A DNA stretch of 64,000 nucleotides from Diplonema japonicum. Lineage: Eukaryota; Protista; Euglenozoa: Diplonemea. Below are positions 1-13,372 of this stretch, one piece after another. The stretch lies in assembly GCA_964019335.1 (NCBI GenBank), contig OZ025649.1, forward strand, positions 186,001 through 250,000. The letters are read 5' to 3'. Each line of letters begins with the position of its first letter. Position 1 is the stretch's first letter. The notes beneath the pieces were generated by a model. That model was not told the origin of the DNA. It was given only the letters and a program-made list of their open reading frames with translations, and ran no database searches. The position numbers and the translations under genes were made by a program.

Positions 1-2
1 AT

Positions 3-3000
3 GTGGTGCTGTGGCCATACATCCTTGAAGTCATCGGCATGATGCCAGGCAAGCCGGAGTTGTTCTACGCCTTCCCGCTCATCGCAAACATCATCTGTAG
101 CGTGAGCAAGAGGTTGGGCAATTCGCATGATTTCTACTTCGACTTCGACAGAACGGTGAACGTGCCAAGGCCTGAGTCCCTCATTGCCTGCTTCGCGGTG
201 ATGATGTCGCAACCACAGCACCTGGGTCTTGAGGTCACTGCCACCATCGTGAGGGCAATGGAGGCCGTCGCACCACTCCTGGACGAACCTATGAAGAAAG
301 GAAGCGACGGCACACAGCCTATCGGGAGTCTTTGGTTGGGCATCCTTCCCGAGATCAGGGCGTACCTAGAGAGCGGCGAGTTCAAGCAGGACGATTACGA
401 GGACGCCTGTCACAATCTTTTGAAGAAGACGTCCACAGCAAGAAAGGAAGAAGCTTGGGTACAGGCCCTGTGCACTTCGCTCGGGACCCAGCTTCCTCTC
501 TACACACCAGCATCTGTCCCTGCAGACTTCGTGAAAGAGAGACACGATTTCAAAAGGGTTGCCCTCTCAATGTTCGGTCTTGTCCTTGCCAAAGCGAATC
601 TCAAGACCTTCGTCACTGACAATGTCAATTTGATTGTCGAAGTCACTGACCACACGAACGAAGCACAGCGGGTGGGGTGCGCCAAGGCCCTTGGTTCCAT
701 TTCCGCGTTGCACACCGACGTCGTCCTCGACAAGGTGAACAAGGTGGCGAAGCCTCCCAAGACAGGTGGCGGCGGGTTCTTCTCAAAGAAGGTGGAAACA
801 GGACCCGACCGTGACTTCGGAGAGCTTTCAAGAGCAACCGCACTGCTAGCATACGGGCACATTTCAAAGAAGGCAAACCAGAGTCTGTTCACCAGTAGGC
901 TCGAGACACACGTTGTGCCCACATACCTTGAGATGGTGGGCCTGGCCAAGAACCCTATTGTGAAACTTGCTGCGCTGTCTTGCCAGAATATGATGGGGAC
1001 TAGTCTTAGAAAATGCTTCGAGTTCAGCTTCACCTCAAAAACCAACGTAATGACTGCTGTCTACGGGCAGATGCTTGTCGAGCCCTCCATGTACGGGATG
1101 AACGACCTCACTGCCTACAACCTGCTGTCGGGCGGTTATGCTGCGCTTATCCCGCTTACATATCTGGACCCAGTTTGCGACGAGGACTCGCTGACGCAGC
1201 TCAAGCAATGCATTGCTGCAGGGATCAGCAAAGAGTGGGTGCTGAAGGAGAATGAAACCGTGAACGAACCTGGTCTGCAGAAGCAGCTCGGATTACTTGG
1301 GTGCGCAATACTAGAGAGCGCAAAGGACATTGTGCAGTCTCTTATTAAACAAGGCGATCACCTGTCGACGTTCCTGACAGACGCGAACCCCGTGAAGCGA
1401 GAGAGGACCGTGCGAGCGTACATCACTCTGCTCAAGCAGTTCGGCAAGCAATGCGACCATAGGGGTGTCACCATCGAGCCTGTCACAAAGGGGCCTGTCG
1501 AGCTTGACGGTGGAATGCAGCCGCAGCTCCTCAACGTCGTTGTGAAGGAGGACCCCAAAGCGAAGAAAAAGCCTGAGAAGAAACCAGACAAGAAAGGCGG
1601 CGTGGAGGAACCGACGCCCGTGGTGAACAAAGAACTTTCGCTTGGCACCATCATTGGCAGGCTCCTTCCCAGGCTGTCCGACGAGTCTGTGAAGTCTAAG
1701 TACGATGCACTGGAAGGCATCAGCTTCTGCATCAAGCTGCACATGATGATCTCAGGGCACGATGCGTCAAAGGCGCTGGAAACCATCAAGAACCTGAACG
1801 GAAAACTCGACTACAAAACAGAAGCAGACGTGGTGTTGGTGATGAAGGAGGTGACTGCAGCACTAGCTTCCTTCCTTGCTGGCAGCAGGGAGCTCCCCAA
1901 CCTGATCGAAGAACTCGTGGTGCATGGCCTGCTGGACCCTGTTGAGGACTCCTCTGTCGCTGTTTGCGCTATCCTCTCGGGGTTGATCAAGGCACTGGGT
2001 GGCGCTCCCCAAGGGTACGAGCCGAGCCTCTCTGATGAGGAGTGCAAGCTCTTCGTCCACAAGCTGGTTGTCGCCTTGGGTGTTATCAAGGGCGTGGAGA
2101 ACAGGAGCAACACGTACCGGGGCATCCTGCTTGCAATCCGAGCCCTTGCCAAGAACAGACCATCTCTCATCTTCAACGAGCTGCTGGTGTACCCTGTGCC
2201 ACACACAGAGGACATCGAAGCTGTGGTGCAGACCATTGCTAGCGACACAGGTCTCTCGCGCCTCATCACCAACCACTGCCTCGACGTGCTGCTCAATGCA
2301 CAGCTCTTTGACGGTGGCTACTCGTCCGGTGTCAAGGGCCTTGCTGTCTGTGCACCCGTCATGGCCTCGTGCTGCACCTTAGGCGAGGTGTTCGGCACCA
2401 GTAAAGGTGCAGAGGTTGCGAAACAGCTCCAAGCGGCTCTCCTTTCAGCTATCCTGCTGCTGATGTCCGCAGCGCACGAGGCTCCTAAAATCGAACAATC
2501 CGAAGAACAGAAGAAGAGAGGCTTTGCAGCCCCCAACACACCTCCCGCGCAACTTGTGAGAAAGACATTAGAGGTCTTCACCAACGTGGTGTACTCAGAG
2601 CAGGTGTCCGAAAGGTTCATCGAAGGTTTCTGGGAGTTCTTCTGCGACAATAACGTGTTCCCGTACGCCACAGCGTGCCTGCTGGTGGCCATCGTGCACG
2701 ACAGCCACCCTGAAGGCAACAAGGACACTGAGATCAAGCTTGGCGAGTCACCTGTCACCGTGCTCCCGCCGACAACAGCCTGCACCATAGTGCAGGAGCT
2801 GTACGAGTTCATTGTGACCTACGTCCAGAAGGTGTACGATTCGCATCGCAGGTGTGCCATGGTGATCCTGGGCCAGCTTCTCTACCACTGCCAGGAGTCG
2901 CAGCAGCTCTTGCAAGGCATCATCAACGCCCTGCTGTCGCGTGCGGGTATTGACGAGCAGCTGGTCATCAAACTGCAGGCGACACAGGGCTTCACACACA

Positions 3001-3663
3001 TCCCTGTGCACAAGTACGATGCCATCAAGCTGTTTGTAGCACCTGTGATCGGGAGTCTGGTGTCATGCTGCGGTGACCCGGCACTGGAGGTGTGCTTGGC
3101 GGCTATGGGGACGCTTGAAGCACTGATCCAGAGGATAGTCTGCAAACAAGAACTGAGTGCTGTTGTGGTGAACGTGTGTTTGAGGACAAAGAGCGCGCTG
3201 GACTCCCCTGACCCGAGGGTGCGGGCAGCAGGGTGTTCGCTGTTCGGTGTGATGGCAAAGCTAGCAGTGGAGGGCACCATCGAGTACTCAATCATGGAAC
3301 CCAATGTGTACGGGCACATCGCAGGGATCCTGGTGCACGTGAACGACGAGGAGGTGATGGTGCGGAATGCATGCAAGCAGACACTGCATGACGTGGTGGG
3401 GTACTTCAAGCACTCGGCACCTTCGAGGAAGGCACACGACCACCTCACGAAGCTCTTCGACAAGGAGCACATGGCACCCACCAAGCAGACGAACTACGAC
3501 GAGTTCGCAAACGAGTACTCCAAGATATGGGTGCGCTTCTACGCCCACCGTGTCAACGACCTCTTGGTCGGCACCATGGGCTACTTCCAATCCAACTGGG
3601 CTGCTGTCCGGGCAGCAGCGGCCATGTTCAATGGGACGCTCTTGAGGCACCTCTCTGACTCCG

Positions 3664-3701
<38 letters not shown>

Positions 3702-3880
3702 CCCAACTTCACCCCCAGGCACGTTCTAACCTCGAAAGTTCGACAGCTGGCTTGATCAATTTGATGAAGAAGGACAACTCGGCCGTCGTTCGTACTAAGG
3801 TACTGTGGGGTAAAAAAAAAAAGAAAAAGTACAAAAAAAAGGCGGCAAAATCTTTGGGTATGCTTGGTGACATGCAGTAA
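3..3880 (+). CDS. MROH1: Maestro HEAT-like repeat protein (MROH1-like), 5'-truncated by window edge; exons ..3668, 3719-3799, 3842-3880
   Basis: 1220+ aa all-helical HEAT-type ORF beginning LWPYILE. Two phase-0 GT-AG introns (3669-3718, 3800-3841) restore a typical C-terminus ...DNSAVVRTK|AAKSLGMLGDMQ*. Family recognised by eye. Confidence 0.7.
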
Positions 3881-4288
3881 CGCGAGAAGTCTATAAGGCA
3901 GGAGAAGGGGGTGTCGTTTTTCTTTCTTTCTTTCATTCTTTTTCTTGTTCTAAATAAATGTGCCCCCCCTCTGTTGTGGTTCCCGCGTGGTATCCCAGAT
4001 ACTTTAATCCTGCGCCGTGATTCTTTGTTTTTTTTCCTGCTTTTTTTTTTTTTAGTTCCAGGCGCCGTTGCAACCCCCCCCCCCCCCCCCCCGCCTATGT
4101 TTCACTTGTTTAAAAAAAGGAGGAAGAAGAGGGGAGAACAAAAAAAGAGAGATTGGCCCTTCTTTCCCAGTGTGATCCGTGCCTTTGTTTGTGTTCTTTC
4201 ATTTAAAAGTGATTTTTTTTTTATTCTCTTTTACTTCTTTCCTTTCGAGGGATCGCTTTTTTCTGTTTCCCGACCTACTCCAGTTTCT

Positions 4289-4321
<33 letters not shown>

Positions 4322-4390
4322 CTTCGTAGTGTGACACTGTTTTTCTCTTGCCTCGCTCACGCCCTTCGTGTTGGCACAGTGCTGTGGGGG

Positions 4391-4590
4391 NNNNNNNNNN
4401 NNNNNNNNNNNNNNNNNNNNNNNNNNNNNNNNNNNNNNNNNNNNNNNNNNNNNNNNNNNNNNNNNNNNNNNNNNNNNNNNNNNNNNNNNNNNNNNNNNNN
4501 NNNNNNNNNNNNNNNNNNNNNNNNNNNNNNNNNNNNNNNNNNNNNNNNNNNNNNNNNNNNNNNNNNNNNNNNNNNNNNNNNNNNNNNNNN
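4391..4590. other. Assembly gap (200 N)
   Basis: Run of n characters; hides the start of the TBC gene. Confidence 0.99.
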
Positions 4591-5789
4591 ATCCGGACAA
4601 GAGTTACAGCGAGCTTCCTCAAACGAAGGATTGCAGAGGGGTACACAGGGAAGAAGTATTGGTGTGAACGTGAGATGTACGGTTTCCCACCGCCAACACC
4701 TCCTCCGCCTAGTTTAATATCTTGGGAAGAGCACGACAAGGGGCACATCAGCGCAGCGGCGTGGGACACATACTTCATATCTCTAGCAAAAGGAACCTTG
4801 AAAATCGATGGGATTCCTTGTGATGTAAAAGGTAAGCCTCGTGAGTTGATAAGGAAGCATGGGGTACCCCCGGGGCTGCGGCAGGCCGTGTGGATGGCGG
4901 CATCTGGTGCTAAAAAAAAAAAATCGGAAAACGACGGTTATTTCGCGTGTGTGGTGGAGAACATAAAGCCCGATTCCCCATGGCAGCATGAGGTCAGGAA
5001 GGACCTCGGCAGAACGCTCCCGGACCATCCTTACTTCAGTTTTGAAAATTCCCCCGGGAGGGACAAACTTCTTCGGATTTTGCTAGCGGTCTCGTACCGC
5101 AACCCGCTGGTGAACTATTGCCAGTCTTTCAACAATATAGCAGCTGGGCTCTTGACGAATGTGGGCGAGGAGGACAGCTTCTGGTTGATGATCACATTGC
5201 TGGAGTCGATTCTCCCAAATGACTACTACGACAGCCACCTTACTGGTATAACCGTTGACATCCGTGTCATGGATGATCTTCTGAAGCACCAATGCAAAAC
5301 TTTGCATTCCCATTTCAAGCGGTACAACATCGATCTCTCTCCCTTCGCCGCTGGGTGGCTTCTCAATTTATACGTTTCCGTTTTTCCGATCGACACTACT
5401 TTTAGAATTTGGGATCTTCTGTTCTCAGAAGGTTCCAAGACTATTTTCCGGGTTTTTTTGGGTATCCTCAAAGTTCAAGAGGCTGTCCTCCTCAAGGCAA
5501 CGTCCCTTGGAGAGGTGCTCGAGGTGGTGACGGGGTACTGCAAGACACTGCATGACCCTAAGGAGCTTTTCAAAGAGGTGTTTTCTTGTTCGTTTGGGAA
5601 GACGAAGATAGCGTCCCTCAGGGCAAAGCACAGGGTTGATGTGTGCAAAGAGTTGGACATGACAAAGGTGCTGGAAGGGATGTCTATAAATGGCGATCCT
5701 GATGATGTCGGGGAACTTTGCAGCAACAACAACAGTGATAGTGACAAAGACTCTTGGGTGCCGAGAAAGGTATGGCATTTTTTGGAGGG

Positions 5790-5831
<42 letters not shown>

Positions 5832-5873
5832 GTAGAATTCCAACCCTACCCGAGATGAAGATGTTCTGATCGC

Positions 5874-5877
<4 letters not shown>
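4591..5877 (+). CDS. TBC-domain Rab GTPase-activating protein, start lost in gap; intron 5770-5835
   Basis: GVPPGLRQAVW, arginine finger EVRKDLGRT, glutamine finger YCQS, EEDSFWL, FRIWDLLFSEG. The GTATGG..(A-run)..CCGTAG intron gives a last exon NSNPTRDEDVLIA*. Confidence 0.9.
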
Positions 5878-5925
<48 letters not shown>

Positions 5926-6178
5926 AAAAAAAAAATCGCCGTGTTCACGAGTTTCGTTTGTTTTCTTTGCCCCCCCCCCCCTTTTCGTTTCTTCCCCTTT
6001 CTGAAGCCGATATAGGGTGAAAAGGAGAAATATATATTTCTTTGAGGCCCCCCCCTCCCCCGTGCGTCTGCCTCATCTATTTCCGCTTAATTTAGAACAC
6101 AACTAGGTTTTTTTTTTCTTCTCTCTCCAAACGTTCATATTTTTTGTTTGCTGTATTAATCAATACAAATACGTATAT

Positions 6179-7756
6179 GGGTCGATTTCAAAACCCCCCC
6201 CCCCCCCAAAATGAGGCCAATTGACACTTTCGTTGCATCTTTGGGCATGCCGCCCCCTTTAAAAAAAATTCTCCATATTTCCCGGCCCATATTAGGAAAG
6301 AACCCGGGTCAGAAATCGCTCAAGGGTGCTATTTTGACCTATGAAAAATTCAGTCTTAGGGTCAAAATCGGGTTTTAGTGGTTTTGGTAAAGTCAGAGAT
6401 TATGCTTTCAATAGCAAGAAATAGCGAAACTCACTGCTAGAAGGTGGCTGAAATGATGTTGGAAGTGGAAACCTTCATTTCCTAGTCTTCTGCGGCTGAG
6501 ATGTGCTGCTGCTGAGTGGGCGACCTCGTTTCTTTTTCATACTATTAGGCCTTCTACCGCATTTTGGGGGGGTTTTAAGAGGCTCATTCATAGGTGTACT
6601 TGTGCTTTGGGCTTGTCATGGGGTGGCGAGTATTTTCGTAATTTGGTTACTATTCTTTCTCGTTTTTCAAGTCCGGGAAGGCTATCAGGAACGTCCTCAT
6701 ACTCGTCACAAGATTCATAGACTGGGGGCCTTTTCTCTGCCCTGTCTGCATCGAGTTCTTTGATGATGTACTTTAGTTCCTTCTAGCTCGTGGACGCACA
6801 CGTAGCAAAACACCCTCCGGTGTGCCCTGAGCTCATATGCACCTGTAAAATCCGGAAACTCAAGATTTTTCTTTTTGTACGGGCCAAAGACATCAGTAAC
6901 TACATGCACGGCACACCGTATCGTATTGGTGATGTTAGCTATTTGTTCCACAGTTTTAATTGTTGTGGAACGAGGCACCCAAAACCAAACACGAGAGAGC
7001 ACACCAAAGTGGCTGTCCCTGTTGTTTTTGCCGTGTTTCTCCCCCAGAAACCACAGGGAAAACGTCCGATCGGGATATACATAACGAAGACCAAAAAGAA
7101 CAAAGTAGCAAAATTCCTTTGCACGAAAGTGACGTCCACCGTCAGTCCAGAGTATCCACTCCATTTTTTTCTTTATTTTTTTCTGTGCCCATGCTACTGT
7201 GGAACAAGACTTTTCCAACAGTAAGGCCAGCTGCCCTTATTTCATCATGTGTGATGTGGTCAAGCCTCATGCCTCTGACCAATTGGCGCCGTGTGGTGTC
7301 TTGTTGGCTACTAAATCAACCAGAAAATGATAGCAGAAGTGCCGCTAGAAGTTCCCTTTTACACACCACTTCACAAACTAGTGCAGCACAGTCGTTGCCA
7401 CTGAGCTTCTCAAAAACCTCTGTGGCGAGTGTCCTGATCGCCGTGGTGTTCCCATTTACCCTTTCTCGGTCCGAATACCATTTTTTTTTAGCTTCTCAAC
7501 AGCAAGTTTAAAAGCATCCATTTTTGTCACCCCCTCTTTTACTGAATTTGTGCAAAGTGAAAAAACCCATTTTTGCCCCTAGGACTGAATTTTCTGGGTA
7601 CTAGTAACACTCACTTTCCCATTTTCTGGGGTGTTTTCTTTCCTAACCTGGGCCGGGAAAGTTGTAGAATTTTTTTTCTTTGGGAAAAAGTACTTAGCGA
7701 AATATTGAAAGTGTCAATTGGCCTCATTTTTGGGGGGGGGGTTTTGAAACGATGCC
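6179..7756 (-). mobile_element. Sola-like (probably Sola2) DNA transposon, internally deleted/degenerate
   Basis: Imperfect ~50-bp TIRs (GGGTCGATTTCAAAA-Cn-AAAATGAGGCCAATTGACACTTTC at left; its reverse complement ends at 7756). ATAT TSD at 6175-6178 and 7757-7760. Transposase remnant inside. Confidence 0.8.
6610..7521 (-). pseudogene. Degenerate DDD-type transposase (Sola-like)
   Basis: ORF 6715-7218(-) has WTDGGRHF...WFLGEKHGKNNRDSHFG, resembling the second/third catalytic Asp motifs (xDG..HF; HGKxxxD) of Sola-type transposases. Upstream and downstream pieces are in other frames with stops. Confidence 0.7.
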
Positions 7757-7778
7757 ATATTCATTATTGATCTGAGGG

Positions 7779-7811
<33 letters not shown>

Positions 7812-8427
7812 AAAGGGGGAGGAAGGCAAAATAAAATAAAAGAAGACTATTTGTTGGGCAGCGTAGTTAACATAGATTTTAGACAGATTTATTTTCCCCT
7901 CTTTTTTCCTTTCTTCATTCTGGGACATTTTGGGATTAACGCGTCCGATATAAGAGAGAAAAAAAAAAAAGAAATATAAACTAAATATAATTTTTTAAGA
8001 AATTCTGTAACGGGTGCTCGGCTGAGAGGCAAACTTTTGGCCGGCTGGCATCAGCTTGCGCTGGATCGCATTTTGGCTTCGGAAAAATAAATTTAAAAAA
8101 AGCTGTCCCCCGCACAGGTTTGAAGCTTACTCGTTTGGGATTAAACAACCCCCCCCCCCCCCCCCCCATGTACTTTAGGGTTCACTTGGAGCCGACTGCG
8201 GTGGTTGTACTGAGCGCTGTTCGACTTGACGTTAAAAGATCGAGTTTTTTTTTTTCTTTTTCTTTTTCTTCTTCATATTCTTATGGTCATGTTTCTTTTT
8301 CTTTTTTTGTTTCTTGTTTTTTTTTTTCCCAATTTGTATTTAAAAAAACAAAAAACAAAAAAACAAAAACAAAAAAAACCATTCCAAGGAGAAAGAAGGA
8401 GGAAAAAAAGAGGGAAAAAAAAGAAAA

Positions 8428-9081
8428 ATGACAAAGAAGCGACAAGCTTCATTGTGTGATATGTTTGGATGGAAAGCGTCCAGCTTAGACAGCATAGATG
8501 AAGCGAACGACCGGCCAACAAAGCGAAGGAAGGCGGCCTCAACACTTAAAGAAAACAACCAAATGCTTTTGGACCTCGGCCAGAAGGACCTGGGCGCGAA
8601 CAGGTGCGCCCGGTGTGGCATGGTGTTTGTTAAAGGCACCGAGGACGAAGCGGTCCATAAAAAGTTTTGCGGAAAGCAAAGTGTGAAGCTCACCGGGTGG
8701 ACAGAGGAGGATGTGGTATGCAGGGACATGGAAAAGGGCTTGCTGATACTTAGTTGTTCACCAGGCTCCTCTTTCCGTAAGAAACTCGAGGCTGCTCTCA
8801 AGACCCCTCTAGGGGAATATACTGTCTTCTGTGCCTTGAAACAATCTTCCAAAACACTTCTCGGTTCCTTGCTGATCGACCCTTCCCCACCAGCACCTTA
8901 CCTTCGGGGACTTGTTACCTTCTTGCCTCTATGTACCACTACTGATATTGCGTCAGCTCTTCTCTCTGCTGCCAAAGAATATAGCATTCACGGCTACACG
9001 TTGAAACATTCTCAGATAGCCTGCCATGTGGAAATTCGGTCATATCTGTCCGATCTTGAGGGTTTTGGTGCTTATTGTTGA
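8428..9081 (+). CDS. ECO1: Eco1/ESCO-family cohesin acetyltransferase-like protein with divergent acetyltransferase domain
   Basis: QMLLDLGQK followed by zinc finger CARCGMVF..EDEAVHKKFC, diagnostic of Eco1/ESCO. C-terminal IASALL..IHGY..SQIA resembles the ESCO GNAT tail. Confidence 0.75.
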   Translation: MTKKRQASLCDMFGWKASSLDSIDEANDRPTKRRKAASTLKENNQMLLDLGQKDLGANRCARCGMVFVKGTEDEAVHKKFCGKQSVKLTGWTEEDVVCRDMEKGLLILSCSPGSSFRKKLEAALKTPLGEYTVFCALKQSSKTLLGSLLIDPSPPAPYLRGLVTFLPLCTTTDIASALLSAAKEYSIHGYTLKHSQIACHVEIRSYLSDLEGFGAYC

Positions 9082-9497
9082 TATTAACATTTTTATTTTT
9101 TTGTACTCCCCCACCCCACCCCTGTATTTGTATTAAAAAGTTTTTTGTGTTGAAGAAAAAAAAAAACACAACCCTTATCACAGTATATAAAACCAAAATA
9201 AAAATTCTAACATCAACCTAAAGAAGGGAGGGAGGGGAGGAAAAAAGAAAAACAAAAAAAAAAAAAAAAAAGCACAACAAAAAACCAAAGTCTCTTTGAA
9301 ATAAAAGGAGGAAAGAGAGAAGATAAGAGAAACCAAAGCAGGCAGTCAAAAGACAAGGGAAACAAAAAAGACAAACAAGGAGCAGTAAAAGACCCACGCG
9401 CACAGTCTTTAAGACAGAAGAAGACAAGGAACTTATAAATAGAACAAGAGTACTACTCTTCTAATCTGATCACAGAACCTACGGTAACAAAGCGAAG

Positions 9498-9552
9498 ATG
9501 AACCCTGAAAGTGAAGATGTCTCAGAGCAAGGTGTCAAACCGGTACGAAGGG

Positions 9553-9587
<35 letters not shown>

Positions 9588-9676
9588 ACACAATAGGGTC
9601 GCCGGACCCGAGTACGGGGAAATAGGACGAAGCAAAAGAGGAATGGGAAAAAGGAAAAAAGTCCTGCTGACGTATG

Positions 9677-9735
<59 letters not shown>

Positions 9736-11257
9736 CATTCCACAGGCATCTATCCAGCAGCAGCCCATCCAGCTAAACCAACTTAATCAGCAAATGCCTT
9801 TAATGGTAATGCCCTTAGAGGTCGCGGGCAGACCGGTGAGCTACGTGCAGGTGATGGGGTCTGATGCATCTGCTTCAGCGAATATGCAGAACGCAGCGAG
9901 CCTGCAAGCTGTGCAAGGGGCAATGCTGAACCAAGTGCTGGCTAGCCAGATGCAGCAGCTGCAACTTGGGGAGGTAGCTGGCATGGCGCAACAGTCGCAG
10001 CAGGACTCTTCCACCTCGTCGTCGCCCAGGAAGAATGGGCTCAACACACAAGCAAAGCCCTTCCAGCCGCAGGGTGTGGCAGCCAGGGAGGAGAGCATCG
10101 CGTGGACCAACGCCAGCATCTCCGCCTCGCAGGAGGAAGTGGAACCGACAGCAGCTGCAGTCACAGAAGTGACCGACGATGCAAGCGACACAACATCGTC
10201 GTCCTCACGGACACCCCACTCGCTGGGCAGCCCGCTCTCCGCACCCGCAACTCCCACCATCGCCGCGTCCGTCCTCTTGCAGCTCGACCTCTCACCCACC
10301 CACGAGCCGAAGTCTCCCGAAGAGGACGACATGTGGAAGAACACTGACTTCCTGCTCCCAAAAAGGGAGGTTGAGGAGGAAGCCGACGACACGCCCCCTG
10401 AGATGGTGCTCACCCCGACCACAGAGCCAACCCCCGCCACCGTTGAGAAAGAGGAACACATCGAAGAAGTCCCTGCAAGCACCGCAGAGCTGGAGGGCCA
10501 AGTCGGACAGCCTGATGCAAGTTCGCCCATGGTGGGAATGGGTGGCATGGGGATGATGGGGATGCCCATGGGCATGGGAATGGGTATGGGTATGCCTATG
10601 GGAGTGGGCATGCCTATGGGCATGGGCATGGGGATGATGGGAATGCAGCCTGTGATGGTCCCTAGCATGGCCATGATGCCGGGGATGATGGGTGGTGTGC
10701 AGATGGTGCCTGTCATGGCACAGCCTCCGCAGGCTGGTCAGGGCATTACCCCCACCATGCCCACAGCCCCGCAGCCTACTCAGCAACGGGGGCAGAATGT
10801 GAAGCAGCCGACGGGGCAAAGGAACGTTATGGATTTCTTTCTGAGAAAGGACGCCGTCCCTTCGCCGCCTGATGCCCCGACACCCCCTCCGCCCCCTGTG
10901 CCGCCTCAGCAGCAAGTAGCGCCGGGTGGGCTGCCGGGATCGTCCAATGTGCTGGACTTTTTCAAAGTATGCAGAACGGGGCTTTCAAAAAAAAAAGAGG
11001 GAGAAGGGGGGGGGAAAAAAATGATGATTAACATAGTGGTATTCAGCTAACGACCCCAAAGGGGCCGTGCTGGTGATAAAAACAATTCATATTTCATTTT
11101 TTTCAATTCTGATTCTCAGCAGGGGGGGAAAAAAAAGAGAGAAAAAAAGAAGAAAAACCGTATCAACAACCAACAACAGCAGGGCGCCACGCCCGCAGTG
11201 GCCTCAGACGACGACATGAGCAATGCTCTCCTTCAGGAGATATCAAAGACTAACTGA
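9498..11257 (+). CDS. Low-complexity protein with PAM2 motif and Met/Gly-rich region; exons 9498-9542, 9597-9671, 9746-10966, 11180-11257
   Basis: Three phase-0 GT-AG introns join an open frame. LNTQAKPFQP matches the PAM2 (PABP-interacting) consensus; (MG)n tract ~10530-10715. The last exon is less certain. Confidence 0.7.
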
Positions 11258-13329
11258 GAGTAGAGAAAGGAATCCTCACTGTTTTCGCTGTTTACCAAAC
11301 TTAGTCGCTCTGGATTAGGCAAAGGTTTTTTTGGGCCCCCCCCTGGGAGAAAAGAAAATATTGCTGCGCCAAACTTAGTTTTTGCTACGAAGGGTGCCCT
11401 TAAAGGGGGGAAATGGGAAAAAAAACTTCTGGAGGACTGCTTCACACCCAACTCCATCATGGTGATTCCCCCCTGGCTAGTGTGCGTACACATGCATGCC
11501 TAAGAGGACAATTTTTTTTCCTTTTTTTTTTCTTTTGCACTCCACGACTTGTTTCTTTTTTTTTTTTTTTTTTTTTTTTTTATTGCTGGAACAAGTAAAC
11601 AAGAACTTTTGAAAAAGAATTGTTATTGCAAAAAAAAAAAAAGAAAGAGCAGAGCTTGTTATCAGGCTTGCACGAATTAGCCGACATTTTTTTTGTTCCT
11701 TCTCTCTTATTTATTTTCTGCTCCCCCCCCTTTCTTTTTGACCCCTCCAAAGTCTTTCCTGCTTCTTTTCTTTTTCTTTTTGTTGGGTCTAAGCTAACAC
11801 TTCCCTCCATCATTGTGATTTTTTTTTTCTTTTTTCCCTTTCTGTTTTTTTTTTTTTTTTTTTTTTTTTTCTCGCCCACATTTTTTTTTTTTTTTCCCTC
11901 TCTTCTTCCGCCCTTCTTCAGGAACTCATATCTCCCCACTTCTCCCCCCTCCCCCTCAGTATCCATTTTCCTCTCAAACTTTTTTTTCTTCTTCCGGCTC
12001 ACAAAAGGGGTTCGCGTTTGGCATTTGCTTCACCCGACCTTTTTTTCTTATTTTTCTTCAGTCGATGGAAAGTTTGTTTTCTGTCCTGCTTTTGGAAAGA
12101 GAGGGGGGGGATTTCCCCTTCAGTTCTTCTTTGCAGCAGAGCAAACAGGAGACGTAACAAAGATAAGCCGGTTTTGAATGTTTTTTCTTTTTTTGACCCC
12201 CCCCTCTACCAACATTCTCATCAGAATTTCCCTTACTTCTCGTCATTGGTTTTTCCTTCCCTTCTATCTTATTCTCTTTAAAAAAAAAAAAAAAAAAGAA
12301 ATCCTTTTTTTTTTTTGTTTCTCCGTTGTTTTTTCTTTTTCATTTCTCTTCATTTCTTTAAAAAAAAAAAAAAAAAAGGTTTTTTTTTTTCTCCAACTCC
12401 CCGCTTTCCCTTCCCAAAGAAAAAAAATATACTAATGTTGGTGTCCTCCTCATTTTTTTTCTTTGTCCCTCCCCCCCCTATCTCTCTCAGCTGACAAAAA
12501 CAATGTGCTATATCTTTCTTTTTTTTATTTATATTTTTATTTTTTTTATTTTGTTCAATTTTTTTTTTTTCCCCTGCCCCTTCTCGAGCTTTTTCTTTTT
12601 TATTTTTTTTATTCACACGAGAAGGAGGAGAGAAAAAAAAAAAGAAGAAAAAAAAAAGCCATTTATTCTTATGCGTACTGCCCTTTTCCCCCTCCGTTGG
12701 AAAACCCTTTTTTTTTTTCTTTTTTTCTTTTTTACCACGAGTCACCAGCATAACGTCTGCATGGCCATTTTTAGCTCTGTACCAGGCCAGACGTTCTACG
12801 TGCTAAAAAGAGGGTGGGAAAAAAAAGGGGGGGGGGACGCAAGAGGGGAAATTTTACTACACGCCATCATCATGGAAAGAAGAGACCGCATAACGATTTT
12901 GAAAAAAAAAAGGGGGGGAGACGTGAGGAGAGAAAGAAGGGCGCTAAGACCCTTCTCTCTTTTTCACTCTATTTCTTTTTCTTTCCCCCTTTGGCGCACT
13001 TCTTTCCCTACTAACCGTGAGTCTTGTGTAAAAAAAGGGGAAAAAACCTGATTTTATGTTGAACACTTTGCCTTTCTTCCTCTTCTTCTTATCCATTTTA
13101 TTTTATCTCCAAATAACTTATTTTACTGTTTTTTGCCTTTCCACGTCAGCCCGGAAGGGGGATAATACAGAAAGGGGGGAAAAAAATAAAAGAAAAAAAA
13201 TGATGAGAACGGAAACCAGCAGTTCACACATAACGCAAGATAAAACCAGCTAGTTTTACTTATCCCTCTGAATAAACTCAGTGCCCTTAGAGAAAGGATA
13301 TGAGCATTTTCCAAATGCCAAAATTAATT

Positions 13330-13372
<43 letters not shown>

